From an uncultured Gemmatimonadota bacterium (GTDB taxonomy: Bacteria > JAAXHH01): a stretch of 64,000 nucleotides of DNA. Shown piece after piece: positions 34,656 through 43,108 of the stretch (position 1 is the stretch's first letter; each line of letters starts with the position of its first letter). Location of the stretch: positions 640,001 through 704,000 of the forward strand of contig OX638340.1 in assembly GCA_951812955.1 (NCBI GenBank), written 5' to 3'. A model generated the notes under the pieces. That model was not told where the DNA came from and made no database searches. It saw only the letters and a program-made list of their open reading frames with translations. A program made the position numbers and the translations under genes.

Positions 34656-37600
34656 TTACTTCAACACCCCGATGCGCGCGACATGCCCGCCGAGTTTGAG
34701 TTCGCCGGCGTGCACATCCACAGGTACGGGCTCCTCGCGCAGTTCCGTTGAAAGCGTTTCGGTCCTGATGTAGTCCGCGTGGGCGTCTATGGCCTCGGCC
34801 AGATCGCCTTCGGCTTCGTAGAACAGGGTAATCCTGTCGTTCACGTTGAAATCCGCTTCCTTGCGCATATTCTGCACATGACGGACAAAATCCCGCATCA
34901 ATCCCTCGAGGAGGAGATCGCGGGTGACCCTGGTGTCAATGGCGACCGTGCAGCCAAAGTCGGATGTCACCGCGAGCCCGTCCGCATCCACCCGTTCGAC
35001 AACGAGCTCCTCAGGCGTCAGCTCGACCTGTTCGCCGTCCACTTCAAGCGAAAGGGACCCGCCCGCCGCGACACGGGCACCGGTTTCGTGGCCGTCCAGC
35101 ACCTCGAGCGCCTGGCGCACGGCATTCAAACGCTTGCCGAACCGGGGACCCCATTTTGAAAAATCCGGTTTCACGGCGTACCCGCGAAAGGCATCCTCAT
35201 TATCGACCAGGTCCAGGTCCTTCACATTCAGTTCTTCCAGGATCTGAGCGCGCAGCCGCGTCAGGGTGTCTCCCTGCCGGGCGGTCGCGGGTTTCACCAG
35301 CAGGCGCAACGCGGGCTGGCGGACCTTCATCCGGGCTTCGTTGCGAACCGCGCGGCCCAGTTCGATCACCTGCATCAGGTCTTCCATGTCGTCCATGAGG
35401 TCCTGGTCGATCAATTCCTCGGAGACCTCCGGGTATCTGCAGAGATGGACGCTTGATGGCGCTGAAGAATCGATGGGCGGAACCAGGCTCTGATAGAGTT
35501 CCTCCGCGGAGAAAGGCAGAATAGGCGCGATCAGCTTGCTCATCGTGACCAGAACTTCGTAGAGCGTCTGGATGGCCGATTGCTTGTCCGCGTCATCGCC
35601 GCTCTTCCAGAACCGGCGCCTGCTCCGGCGGACGTACCAGGTGGAAAGCACGTCCATGAACCGTTCGGTTTCGCGTACCACGGTCGCCGAATCGAAATTA
35701 TCCAGCCGGTCGTTGCAGAGTCGGACCAGTTGATTGAGCCGGGAAAGCACCCACCTGTCGAGTTCGCTACGGCCCGAAACAGGAGCTGAGGCAGAAATGG
35801 GAGGGCAGTCCGGCAGATTGGCGTAGGTCACGAAGAAAGCGTATACGTTCCACAACCTGAGCATTTTCCGCATGACGTCTTCGGCGGGTCCATAGCCGAA
35901 CCGGAAGACCATGTTCAGCGGCGCGCCAGCGTATTGCCATCTCATCACATCGGCGCCCATACGGGCGGTGGCGTCCTCCACGGCGATCGCGTTATCGCCG
36001 CTCTTGCTGAAGGGTTCCCCGTTCTCGTCCCGCATTTCTTCGAAGGTGAGTACCGCCTTGAACGGGGTCCGGTCGTACAGGGTCACCGACATGAACAACT
36101 GGGAATAGAACCACAGCCTGATCTGTTCGCGCATTTCCGTGATCCAGTCAGCGGGAGACCATGATTCCCAGGCAGTATCCGTGCCGTTGCGGGAAACTCC
36201 GGTCTTGTCCCTTTCGGCCTCGGGCCCCCGTTCCGACCGGATCGTGCCATTGATCCCGCGGTGCTCCGGCAGATAGTTCAATGTTGAAAAAGGGACGATT
36301 CCCGCGTCGAGCCAGCAGTCCCCGACTTCGGTCACCCGCTTTACGGCCTCTCCGCAACGCTCGCAGGAAATCTCGATATCATCGATCCACGGACGATGGA
36401 GTTCGGGCAGCTCTTCGACCAGCGCGGGATTCACGGCCCGCTGCCGCAGTTCGGCCGTGCTGCCGATGACGTTCACGTGATCGCAGTTCCCACAATTGTA
36501 GAAGGGCAGGGGCAACCCCCAGAATCGGCGGCGCGATATGCACCAGTCCCCCATGTTGTCCAGCCAGTCCTGCATCAGGAGGCCGCTGTATTCGGGTACC
36601 CACCGGACCGTCGCGGCGGCCTGCTTCATCGGCGCCCTGATCTCGTCCGCTGAAATGAACCACTCGTCGGCCAGGCGAAAGACCAGCGGAGTCTTGCAAC
36701 GCCAACAGAAGGGATACCGGTGCGTGTAGTCTTCCCAGCGAAACAACACGCCCCTGGATTCCAACTCCCGCCTGACGCCTTCTGCTGATTCCCGTACATG
36801 GGTGGCTGTCAGTGGCCCCATATCGTCTGTGAAATAACCGTTCTCATCAATGGGCACAATGATGGCCAGGCCGAGTTCCTGCCCGAGCTGATAATCCTCG
36901 GCGCCACAGCCCGGTGCGATATGCACGATGCCCGTGCCTTCCTCGTCAGATACCATGTCCCACGGAACGGTGGTGCGGTTGACCTCACGCTGCGCGGGGA
37001 GATCCTCCAGAGGGCCGTGGAAGGGCAGCCCGATCAGATCCTTGCCCTTCACGGTCTCGACCACTACCGCTTCGGGCGGCAGGACGGTCTCGACGAGTGA
37101 CTTCATCAAGTAGTAGTATTCGCCGTCCAGGCTCGCTTTCGCGTATTCGGCTTCAGGATGCAAGGCCAGGGCCGTATTGGCGGTCAGGGTCCACGGCGTA
37201 GTGGTCCAGACCAGGAAATACTCGTCCCTTCGGCCCCCGACCCGGCATCGGAAGAAACAGGATGGATCGGTCTGCTCCTGGTAAGAATCCACCAGCTCGT
37301 GCTGGCTCAGGCTGGTCCCGCACCGCCAGCACCAGGGCATGGAACGGTAACCGCGGTACAGCCATTTCCTGGCGTCGCAGGCCTTCAGAAAATGCCAGAT
37401 ATGCTCGATGTTGTTGTCATCCAGGGTGTAGTAGGAGGCCGGATGGCCGTCGTCGTGGTACCACTGCATCCAGTGTCCCATGCGAATGGACTGCCGCGTT
37501 ATCCGCTCCGCGTACTCGTCCACCCGAGCGCGGCACGCCCGGGAGAACTCGGCGAGACCGAACGACTCGATGTCCCGTTTCGAATCAAAACCAAGCGCCC

Positions 37601-37895
37601 GCTCCACCTCGACTTCCACCCACAAGCCCTGACAGTCGAACCCGTTCTGCCACCGCTGGTTGAATCCCTTCATGGCTTTGTACCGGCAGTACATGTCCTT
37701 GTAGGTCCGGCCCCAGGCGTGATGAACGCCCATGGCGTTATTCGCGGTGATCGGTCCGTCGATAAAGGACCAGGTCGGTCGATCCGCCAATTGTGCTCGC
37801 AGTTTGTCGAAAATCCGATGGTCCTCCCACCATGCGAGGATGCGCTCCTCCATCCGGGGGTATTCCATCTTTCCATCAAAGGGTTTGAATTTCAT
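34656..37895 (-). CDS. ileS: Isoleucine-tRNA ligase, long type-2 (eukaryote/archaeal-like) form
   Basis: 1079 aa. Has the DWCISRRRFWGLPLPFY signature of IleS editing/catalytic core and a class I Rossmann HIGH-like region (PITANNAMGVHHAWGRT). The KMSKS variant (FSKSGDN) and overall length are typical of type-2 IleS. Confidence 0.9.
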   Translation of the reverse strand: MKFKPFDGKMEYPRMEERILAWWEDHRIFDKLRAQLADRPTWSFIDGPITANNAMGVHHAWGRTYKDMYCRYKAMKGFNQRWQNGFDCQGLWVEVEVERALGFDSKRDIESFGLAEFSRACRARVDEYAERITRQSIRMGHWMQWYHDDGHPASYYTLDDNNIEHIWHFLKACDARKWLYRGYRSMPWCWRCGTSLSQHELVDSYQEQTDPSCFFRCRVGGRRDEYFLVWTTTPWTLTANTALALHPEAEYAKASLDGEYYYLMKSLVETVLPPEAVVVETVKGKDLIGLPFHGPLEDLPAQREVNRTTVPWDMVSDEEGTGIVHIAPGCGAEDYQLGQELGLAIIVPIDENGYFTDDMGPLTATHVRESAEGVRRELESRGVLFRWEDYTHRYPFCWRCKTPLVFRLADEWFISADEIRAPMKQAAATVRWVPEYSGLLMQDWLDNMGDWCISRRRFWGLPLPFYNCGNCDHVNVIGSTAELRQRAVNPALVEELPELHRPWIDDIEISCERCGEAVKRVTEVGDCWLDAGIVPFSTLNYLPEHRGINGTIRSERGPEAERDKTGVSRNGTDTAWESWSPADWITEMREQIRLWFYSQLFMSVTLYDRTPFKAVLTFEEMRDENGEPFSKSGDNAIAVEDATARMGADVMRWQYAGAPLNMVFRFGYGPAEDVMRKMLRLWNVYAFFVTYANLPDCPPISASAPVSGRSELDRWVLSRLNQLVRLCNDRLDNFDSATVVRETERFMDVLSTWYVRRSRRRFWKSGDDADKQSAIQTLYEVLVTMSKLIAPILPFSAEELYQSLVPPIDSSAPSSVHLCRYPEVSEELIDQDLMDDMEDLMQVIELGRAVRNEARMKVRQPALRLLVKPATARQGDTLTRLRAQILEELNVKDLDLVDNEDAFRGYAVKPDFSKWGPRFGKRLNAVRQALEVLDGHETGARVAAGGSLSLEVDGEQVELTPEELVVERVDADGLAVTSDFGCTVAIDTRVTRDLLLEGLMRDFVRHVQNMRKEADFNVNDRITLFYEAEGDLAEAIDAHADYIRTETLSTELREEPVPVDVHAGELKLGGHVARIGVLK

Positions 37896-38103
37896 TCTTC
37901 ACACCTGGCGCTTCGTGATACAGTGACCACAACACGTTCCATGGATCACACGATGCATGACTCAAGCCGGCGTCGTAAATGACCTGCTGCCATCAAGAAG
38001 GGCGATCCGCGACGCCGGTCAGAAAATAGGCGGTAGAGGGCCGGTACACAAGGTAATTCTGGGGTATGGTCGAGCGCGCAGGGACGAGCAGGCCACCTGA
38101 GAT

Positions 38104-38784
38104 TCAGGCCGTAGGATTCCCATCAGGGAACCGGTTCAGTTCTTCTCTGTACGATCGCCAACTCGGCATAAATCTGTCGAGAATGCCCCAAAACCGCCGA
38201 TTGTGCGATGGCTCGATCAGGTGCGCCATTTCGTGGACGATCACGTACTCCAGGCAACGGATGGGTTTCTTGGCCAACTCCAGGTTCAGCCAGATCCGCC
38301 GGGCACGGCAGTTGCAGGTGCCCCAGCGGGTCTTCATGCGCCGGATGCGCCATTCCGCCACCTGGACCTCCATTACCGGCTCCCACGCCGCAATGATCGC
38401 GGGTACCCGGGACCCCAGACGGTGTCGGTACCAACGGGTGAGCAGTTCGCTGCGCTGTCTCAGGTCCGCACCCGGACGGACCCGCATCTCAAGGGTCGAT
38501 TCACCCAGCAGGTAGACGGAAGGGGGGCCATCATAGGTCGTGACGTTGAGCGATACGCTCGATCCCTCTACGTAGTGGTGTTCTCCCGAAACGAGTCGAA
38601 GTTCGGTTTCACGACCGCGACGGCGGTGCTTCTCCTGTTGCCGTCGAATCCACGGCATCCTTTTGGCCACGGCCTGTCGGACCGCCGCTTCGTCGATGTA
38701 CAGCGGGGCGGAAACCCGCACGCGGCCGTCAGGTGGTCCCACCCTGATGTACAGGTGCCGGATCCGCTTGCGGTAGACGTCCAC
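38104..38784 (-). CDS. YgjP/DUF45-family zinc metallopeptidase-like protein (HExxH)
   Basis: 226 aa. Has the HEMAH motif in the YVIVHEMAHLIEPSHNRRFW context typical of DUF45/SprT-like (WLM-related) proteins. The track start is a GTG; no in-frame ATG lies upstream. Confidence 0.6.
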   Translation of the reverse strand: MDVYRKRIRHLYIRVGPPDGRVRVSAPLYIDEAAVRQAVAKRMPWIRRQQEKHRRRGRETELRLVSGEHHYVEGSSVSLNVTTYDGPPSVYLLGESTLEMRVRPGADLRQRSELLTRWYRHRLGSRVPAIIAAWEPVMEVQVAEWRIRRMKTRWGTCNCRARRIWLNLELAKKPIRCLEYVIVHEMAHLIEPSHNRRFWGILDRFMPSWRSYREELNRFPDGNPTA

Positions 38785-39097
38785 TTCAACGTCTTCCAGG
38801 AGGAGCGTGTAACTTTTTTTGCCTTTGATGTACAGCCTCTTTCTGCTTCAAACCGACGGCCGTTCGGGGAAGATTGCGCCCTTGCCGGCAAAATCGGCAT
38901 CAACCTTCCTGAACACCCAATATAGTCTCGAGCATGAAGCGACGGTAGTGCTATGGGATATCATGGGACAGGGCCTGACGGGCTTGACATGGACTGGACA
39001 AAACGGCTCTATAAAATACCCCGATGGCGGCGTCTTCGATGGCACCTCGCCTCGGGATGCCACATGAATCGCTCGTAACTATCTCATGCATTCCTGC

Positions 39098-39135
39098 GGG
39101 CGTACCGTCATCAAGGGCGTACCGTCATCAAGGGC
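39098..39135 (+). repeat. Tandem 17-bp direct repeat (gggcgtaccgtcatcaa x2 plus a partial third copy) about 40-75 nt upstream of the sulfatase start
   Basis: Seen directly: gggcgtaccgtcatcaagggcgtaccgtcatcaagggc. Confidence 0.75.
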
Positions 39136-39174
39136 ATACCCCCAGTAACGACGCGAAGAAGGAGTAGATGTAAA

Positions 39175-40577
39175 TTGCATAGCGAAAAACCCAACATCCT
39201 CTTTTTGTTTTCAGATGACCAGCGCTTCGATACGGTGAATTCGCTTGGAAATCCAGGCGTGCATACGCCGTCGATGGATCGGCTTGCGGCACGGGGGACG
39301 GCCTTCACGCACGCGCACATTCCCGGAGGCACGTCCGCCGCGATATGCATGCCGAGCCGTGCCATGCTGCACACCGGGCGCACGCTGTTTCACCTGGACG
39401 GCGCGGGCGAGGACATACCTCGGGACCATGTGCTCATGGGCGAGCATCTGAAAAGTTGCGGATACCGCACCTGGGGCACGGGCAAATGGCACAACGGCGT
39501 CTCGGCTTTCGCACGCAGCTTTTCTGATGGGGCCGAGATATTCTTCGGAGGTATGGACGACCACTGGAACGTGCCCGTCTTCGACTATGATCCGCAAGGC
39601 CGGTATGAAGGGACGTTACCGCAGTGTCCCGACGCGTTTCATTCCAATGCGTTGAAAGTCCGGCGCGGGGACCGCGTGTCGGCGGGAAGGCATTCCAGCG
39701 AGTTGTTCGGCGAATGCGCCGCGGACTGGCTGGAGAGCTACGAAGGCACCGATCCATTTTTCATGTACGTGTCCTTCATGGCGCCCCACGATCCCCGGAC
39801 CGTGCCACAGGCGTACCTGGACCTGTACGATCCGGAACAGATCCCGCTTCCCGGCAATTTCCAGGGCGGCCATCCCTTCGACAACGGCGATCTCAAAGTC
39901 AGGGATGAAGTGTTGGAAGATTTTCCGCGCGACCCGTTTAAAGTACGCCGGCACATCGCCGAATACTACGGAATGATCACCCACCTGGACGCCCAGATGG
40001 GCCGAATCCTGGACGTGCTGGACACCCGGGGCATGACGGACAATACGATCGTGGTCTTTGCCGGCGACAACGGATTGGCCGTGGGGCAGCACGGACTGTT
40101 CGGCAAACAGAACATGTACGAACACAGCGTGCGGATTCCCCTTATGTTCGCCGGACCGGGAATACCCCGGGGGTTTGCCGATCTTCCTACGCTTACCTGC
40201 TGGACATCTTCCCGACGCTGTGCGAACTGGCCGGCATCGATACACCCGAATCCGTCGAAGGAACGAGTCTGGCCTCCGCCATGGCGGATCCCGGCGTGCG
40301 ACCCCGGACATCCCTGTATGCCGCGTACCAACAGTGGCAACGCATGGTCAAGGATGCCCGGTTCAAACTGATCGAATACGTCGTCGACGGCCGTCGAACG
40401 ACCCAGTTGTTCGACCTGGAACGCGATCCGTCGGAGTGTCGCAACCTGGCCGGCGATCCGTCCGAACAGGACCGGCTGCGAGCACTCAGGGACCTGCTTT
40501 TTCAATGGCGCGACGACTGGGACGATGCCCGGAGTCCATGGGGCAAGGCCTTCTGGGACGGTTACGACGCCCATTGA
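39175..40577 (+). pseudogene. Cys-type sulfatase (arylsulfatase family, CxPxR) with an internal +1 frameshift near 40165-40190. This is either a pseudogene or a homopolymer sequencing error. There is no signal peptide.
   Basis: The N-terminal part (39175-40371) has the FGly motif CMPSRAMLHTGR and the FSDDQRFD metal-binding start. The C-terminal part continues in another frame (40281..40577, from ...AYLLDIFPTLCELAGIDTPESVEGTSL...). The frame switch maps to a C4/G5 run (ataccccgggggtttgcc). The apparent start is a TTG, preceded by an ATG-TAA start-stop and a GAAGGAG Shine-Dalgarno. Confidence 0.7.
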
Positions 40578-40609
40578 GATAGTCAGCCCGGGTCTTGGCT
40601 CAGCTTCCC

Positions 40610-42346
40610 TCAGGCGACGGCCGTCCGGTTCCTGGCAATCCGGTACAGTATCTGGCTCATGGCGCCAAGTCCCAATATGACCAGCAACCCGTTGACAACC
40701 CAGCCGACATAGGGCAGGCTGACCGCGACCAGCACCAGTACCAGTCCAACAGACAACGCCAAAGCCACCGAACGCATGTCCTGCCGCTTCGATCGCAACA
40801 GTGCGGTGCCCAGATAGTGCGCCACGACGATCTTGGACAGGTAAAGTCCCACCGCCCATATAACCACCGTGACCAATCCTACTGGAATACCGATGAGTGT
40901 CACGGCAAACACCGCCGCTGCGACCGGCAGGGTAATGAGGATAACAACCCCGGTGCCGGCGGACACGAGTATCGACCTGAAATCTTCCAGCGGCTGGATT
41001 CTGAAAGCGGGTAGTGCCCAGAACACCAACATGCCCGATATGAATGCCGCGGCCAGCCACAAGACCGAAAACAGGAGCGACCAGAACGACCAGGACGACC
41101 AGAACGACCCGGCCTCCTCCTGGCGCTCTTCGTAAACGTCGATACTTGTCGTGCCCGCCACAGATGAGACGGAGTCCACCAGCAGGTCTTCCTCACTCGG
41201 CAATTCCACGTCGAGGTTGCCGCCGATCGATGCGGACGACTGAATGGCCGCAACACGCCCCGAGAAGGTTACATCCCGCAATACCTTGCCCGATACGGTA
41301 AGCCTGTTGCCGAACACCGTCACATTGCGGCCTACCGAACCGCCCACGTTGATCTGGTCGGCGAAAGCAAAAAGATCGCCTCCGATAGCGGCGTCCCGTC
41401 TCGTTAGAATGGACTTGCCGAACCAGTATACGCTTTGTCCGACCGTATTTCCCATGCGAATCATCTCTCCGAATGCCCCGACTCCGCCTTCGACCTTGCC
41501 TTCAATCTCTATGATCTGCCCGAAAAAGAACGCGTCTCCGTGCACCGAGCCCTGGATATCGATCGATTCCGCGAAGGCGATCAGGTCTCCGGTTACCACC
41601 CCGTCAATACGCACGGTACGACCGAAGGCAACGAAGGTGTCATCGATGACTTCATTGGCTTCAATCGACACACTCTCGCCGGATTTGATCTCGATGGCTT
41701 TCGCCGGCGTGGCTGCTATGAATGCCAGAATCAGGGTGCCAAGTATCACCGGCAACCCAGAGGACCTTTGAAAACTCGCATAAATCAAATAGACAAGCGT
41801 GCCGAGAAGGGCGGTGATTCCGGCGGTTATCATCAGGGATTCCATGATCGATCCTCCTTCGCGAATTAAATAGACACATGAGCTGAACAGCAGGGACAGC
41901 TGACCGGAAACCTGGAGCGGATTGAGCCAGGCCAGTCCCCAGGGCAGCTGAAGTCCGGTAACCAGGTCGAACCCCATCCTCAACAAAAGCGCGGTTCCGA
42001 TGACCAGTCCCATGAGTTGCAGGACCAGTGCCGGGGAAGAGGCCGGGACAGGCACATGAGACGAGGCCGGGACAGGCACATGAGATGAGGCCGGGACAGG
42101 TAACGGAGATGAGGCCGGGACAGGTAACGGCTCAGATTCAGCCAGGAACGCATCTGCGTTACCGATAAACCCGACGAGCGTTTCTCTTTCCACCTGGAAC
42201 GCAAGGACCAGTTCACGGCAACGGGGACAGCGGTCCAGATGTTCGCGCAACAGCTTGGCTTCGGATACGGACAACTCGCCATCGGCGTACATCGCGCAGG
42301 TCAGTTCGGCCGGACAGGACTTGCTACGCACACCTGTATCGGTCAT
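40610..42346 (-). CDS. Membrane anti-sigma factor with four parts: N-terminal zf-HC2 zinc finger, TM segments, a bactofilin-like (polymer-forming beta-helix) domain, and a C-terminal polytopic membrane domain
   Basis: 578 aa. The zf-HC2 motif is CPAELTCAMYADGELSVSEAKLLREHLDRCPRCR. A repetitive beta-helix region (GRTVRIDGVVTGDLIAFAESIDIQGSVHGDAFFFGQIIEIEGKVEGGVGAFGEMIRMGNTVG...) resembles bactofilin/CcmA. Several hydrophobic helices lie before and after it. The gene is translationally coupled (ATGA) to the upstream ECF sigma gene. Confidence 0.6.
   Translation of the reverse strand: MTDTGVRSKSCPAELTCAMYADGELSVSEAKLLREHLDRCPRCRELVLAFQVERETLVGFIGNADAFLAESEPLPVPASSPLPVPASSHVPVPASSHVPVPASSPALVLQLMGLVIGTALLLRMGFDLVTGLQLPWGLAWLNPLQVSGQLSLLFSSCVYLIREGGSIMESLMITAGITALLGTLVYLIYASFQRSSGLPVILGTLILAFIAATPAKAIEIKSGESVSIEANEVIDDTFVAFGRTVRIDGVVTGDLIAFAESIDIQGSVHGDAFFFGQIIEIEGKVEGGVGAFGEMIRMGNTVGQSVYWFGKSILTRRDAAIGGDLFAFADQINVGGSVGRNVTVFGNRLTVSGKVLRDVTFSGRVAAIQSSASIGGNLDVELPSEEDLLVDSVSSVAGTTSIDVYEERQEEAGSFWSSWSFWSLLFSVLWLAAAFISGMLVFWALPAFRIQPLEDFRSILVSAGTGVVILITLPVAAAVFAVTLIGIPVGLVTVVIWAVGLYLSKIVVAHYLGTALLRSKRQDMRSVALALSVGLVLVLVAVSLPYVGWVVNGLLVILGLGAMSQILYRIARNRTAVA
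42039..42134 (-). repeat. Four tandem 24-bp repeats encoding (P/H)(L/V)PVPASS x4 in the anti-sigma factor linker
   Basis: Plus strand: gaggccgggacaggcacatgaga(c/t) x2, then gaggccgggacaggtaacgg(agat/ctca) x2. Confidence 0.8.
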
Positions 42347-42849
42347 AATTCGGCCAGCTCCTTTCTCAATTGCTGCTTGGCGCGGAATAGCAGCGTCGCT
42401 ACCGTATTTCGTTTCAGCCCGAGGGCATTTCCGATTTCGTCGTAGGTAAACTGGTTATAGTAAGCCAGTATGAGCGGCACGCGGTACTTCTCAGGTAGCG
42501 ATTGGACGGCGGACCGCACGCTTTCCCCCTTTTCCGCCTGCACAAGATATTCGAGCGTATCCTCGGACACCCTGGACGGTCCGATCCGATCGAAGCCTGC
42601 GGTTTCGAAGATCCTGGTCTCCGAACTGCTACGCCGCAATCGGTCAAGACAGTGATTGGTCGCTATTTTAAGCAGCCAGTTCAGGCATGACTTCGAGTGA
42701 TCAATCGTCGAACGCTTCTCGTAGGCGCGGACGAAAACTTCATGGGTCGCGTCCTCGGCCTCGTCGGCTGACTTCAACAGATACCTGCAAAGCGCGAGAA
42801 TCCGCCGGGAGTGCTTCCGGTAGCTCTCGTCGAAGTCGTAATCCATCAT
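42343..42849 (-). CDS. ECF-type RNA polymerase sigma factor (sigma-70 regions 2 and 4)
   Basis: Has region 2 (ILALCRYLLKSADEAEDATHEVFVRAY) and region 4 (PEKYRVPLILAYYNQFTYDEIGNALGLKRNTVATLLFRAKQQLRK). The Met at 42849 (MMDYDFDESYRKH...) is preferred over the upstream Met at 42918. Confidence 0.8.
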   Translation of the reverse strand: MMDYDFDESYRKHSRRILALCRYLLKSADEAEDATHEVFVRAYEKRSTIDHSKSCLNWLLKIATNHCLDRLRRSSSETRIFETAGFDRIGPSRVSEDTLEYLVQAEKGESVRSAVQSLPEKYRVPLILAYYNQFTYDEIGNALGLKRNTVATLLFRAKQQLRKELAEL

Positions 42850-43108
42850 GGAGGGATTTCCAGCATTCGAATTCACGTCTCTACTACGGATAACCGGACG
42901 AAATAGTTTCATTTCCATGTCCGAAAGGACTGGTACGCCGGCGGCACCGGTGGAATCGAGACATTACAGGTGGGGACCGGACGGGCCGGTGTTGCGCGTT
43001 ACTGCTGATCAGGCAGGGGAGTGGAAGGGAATAAACCGGGTTACAAAAACACATCGTCAGGCCAGGGGAGCCTGGACGTGCAAATACCCTTCAATTACCG
43101 GCTGTTCC

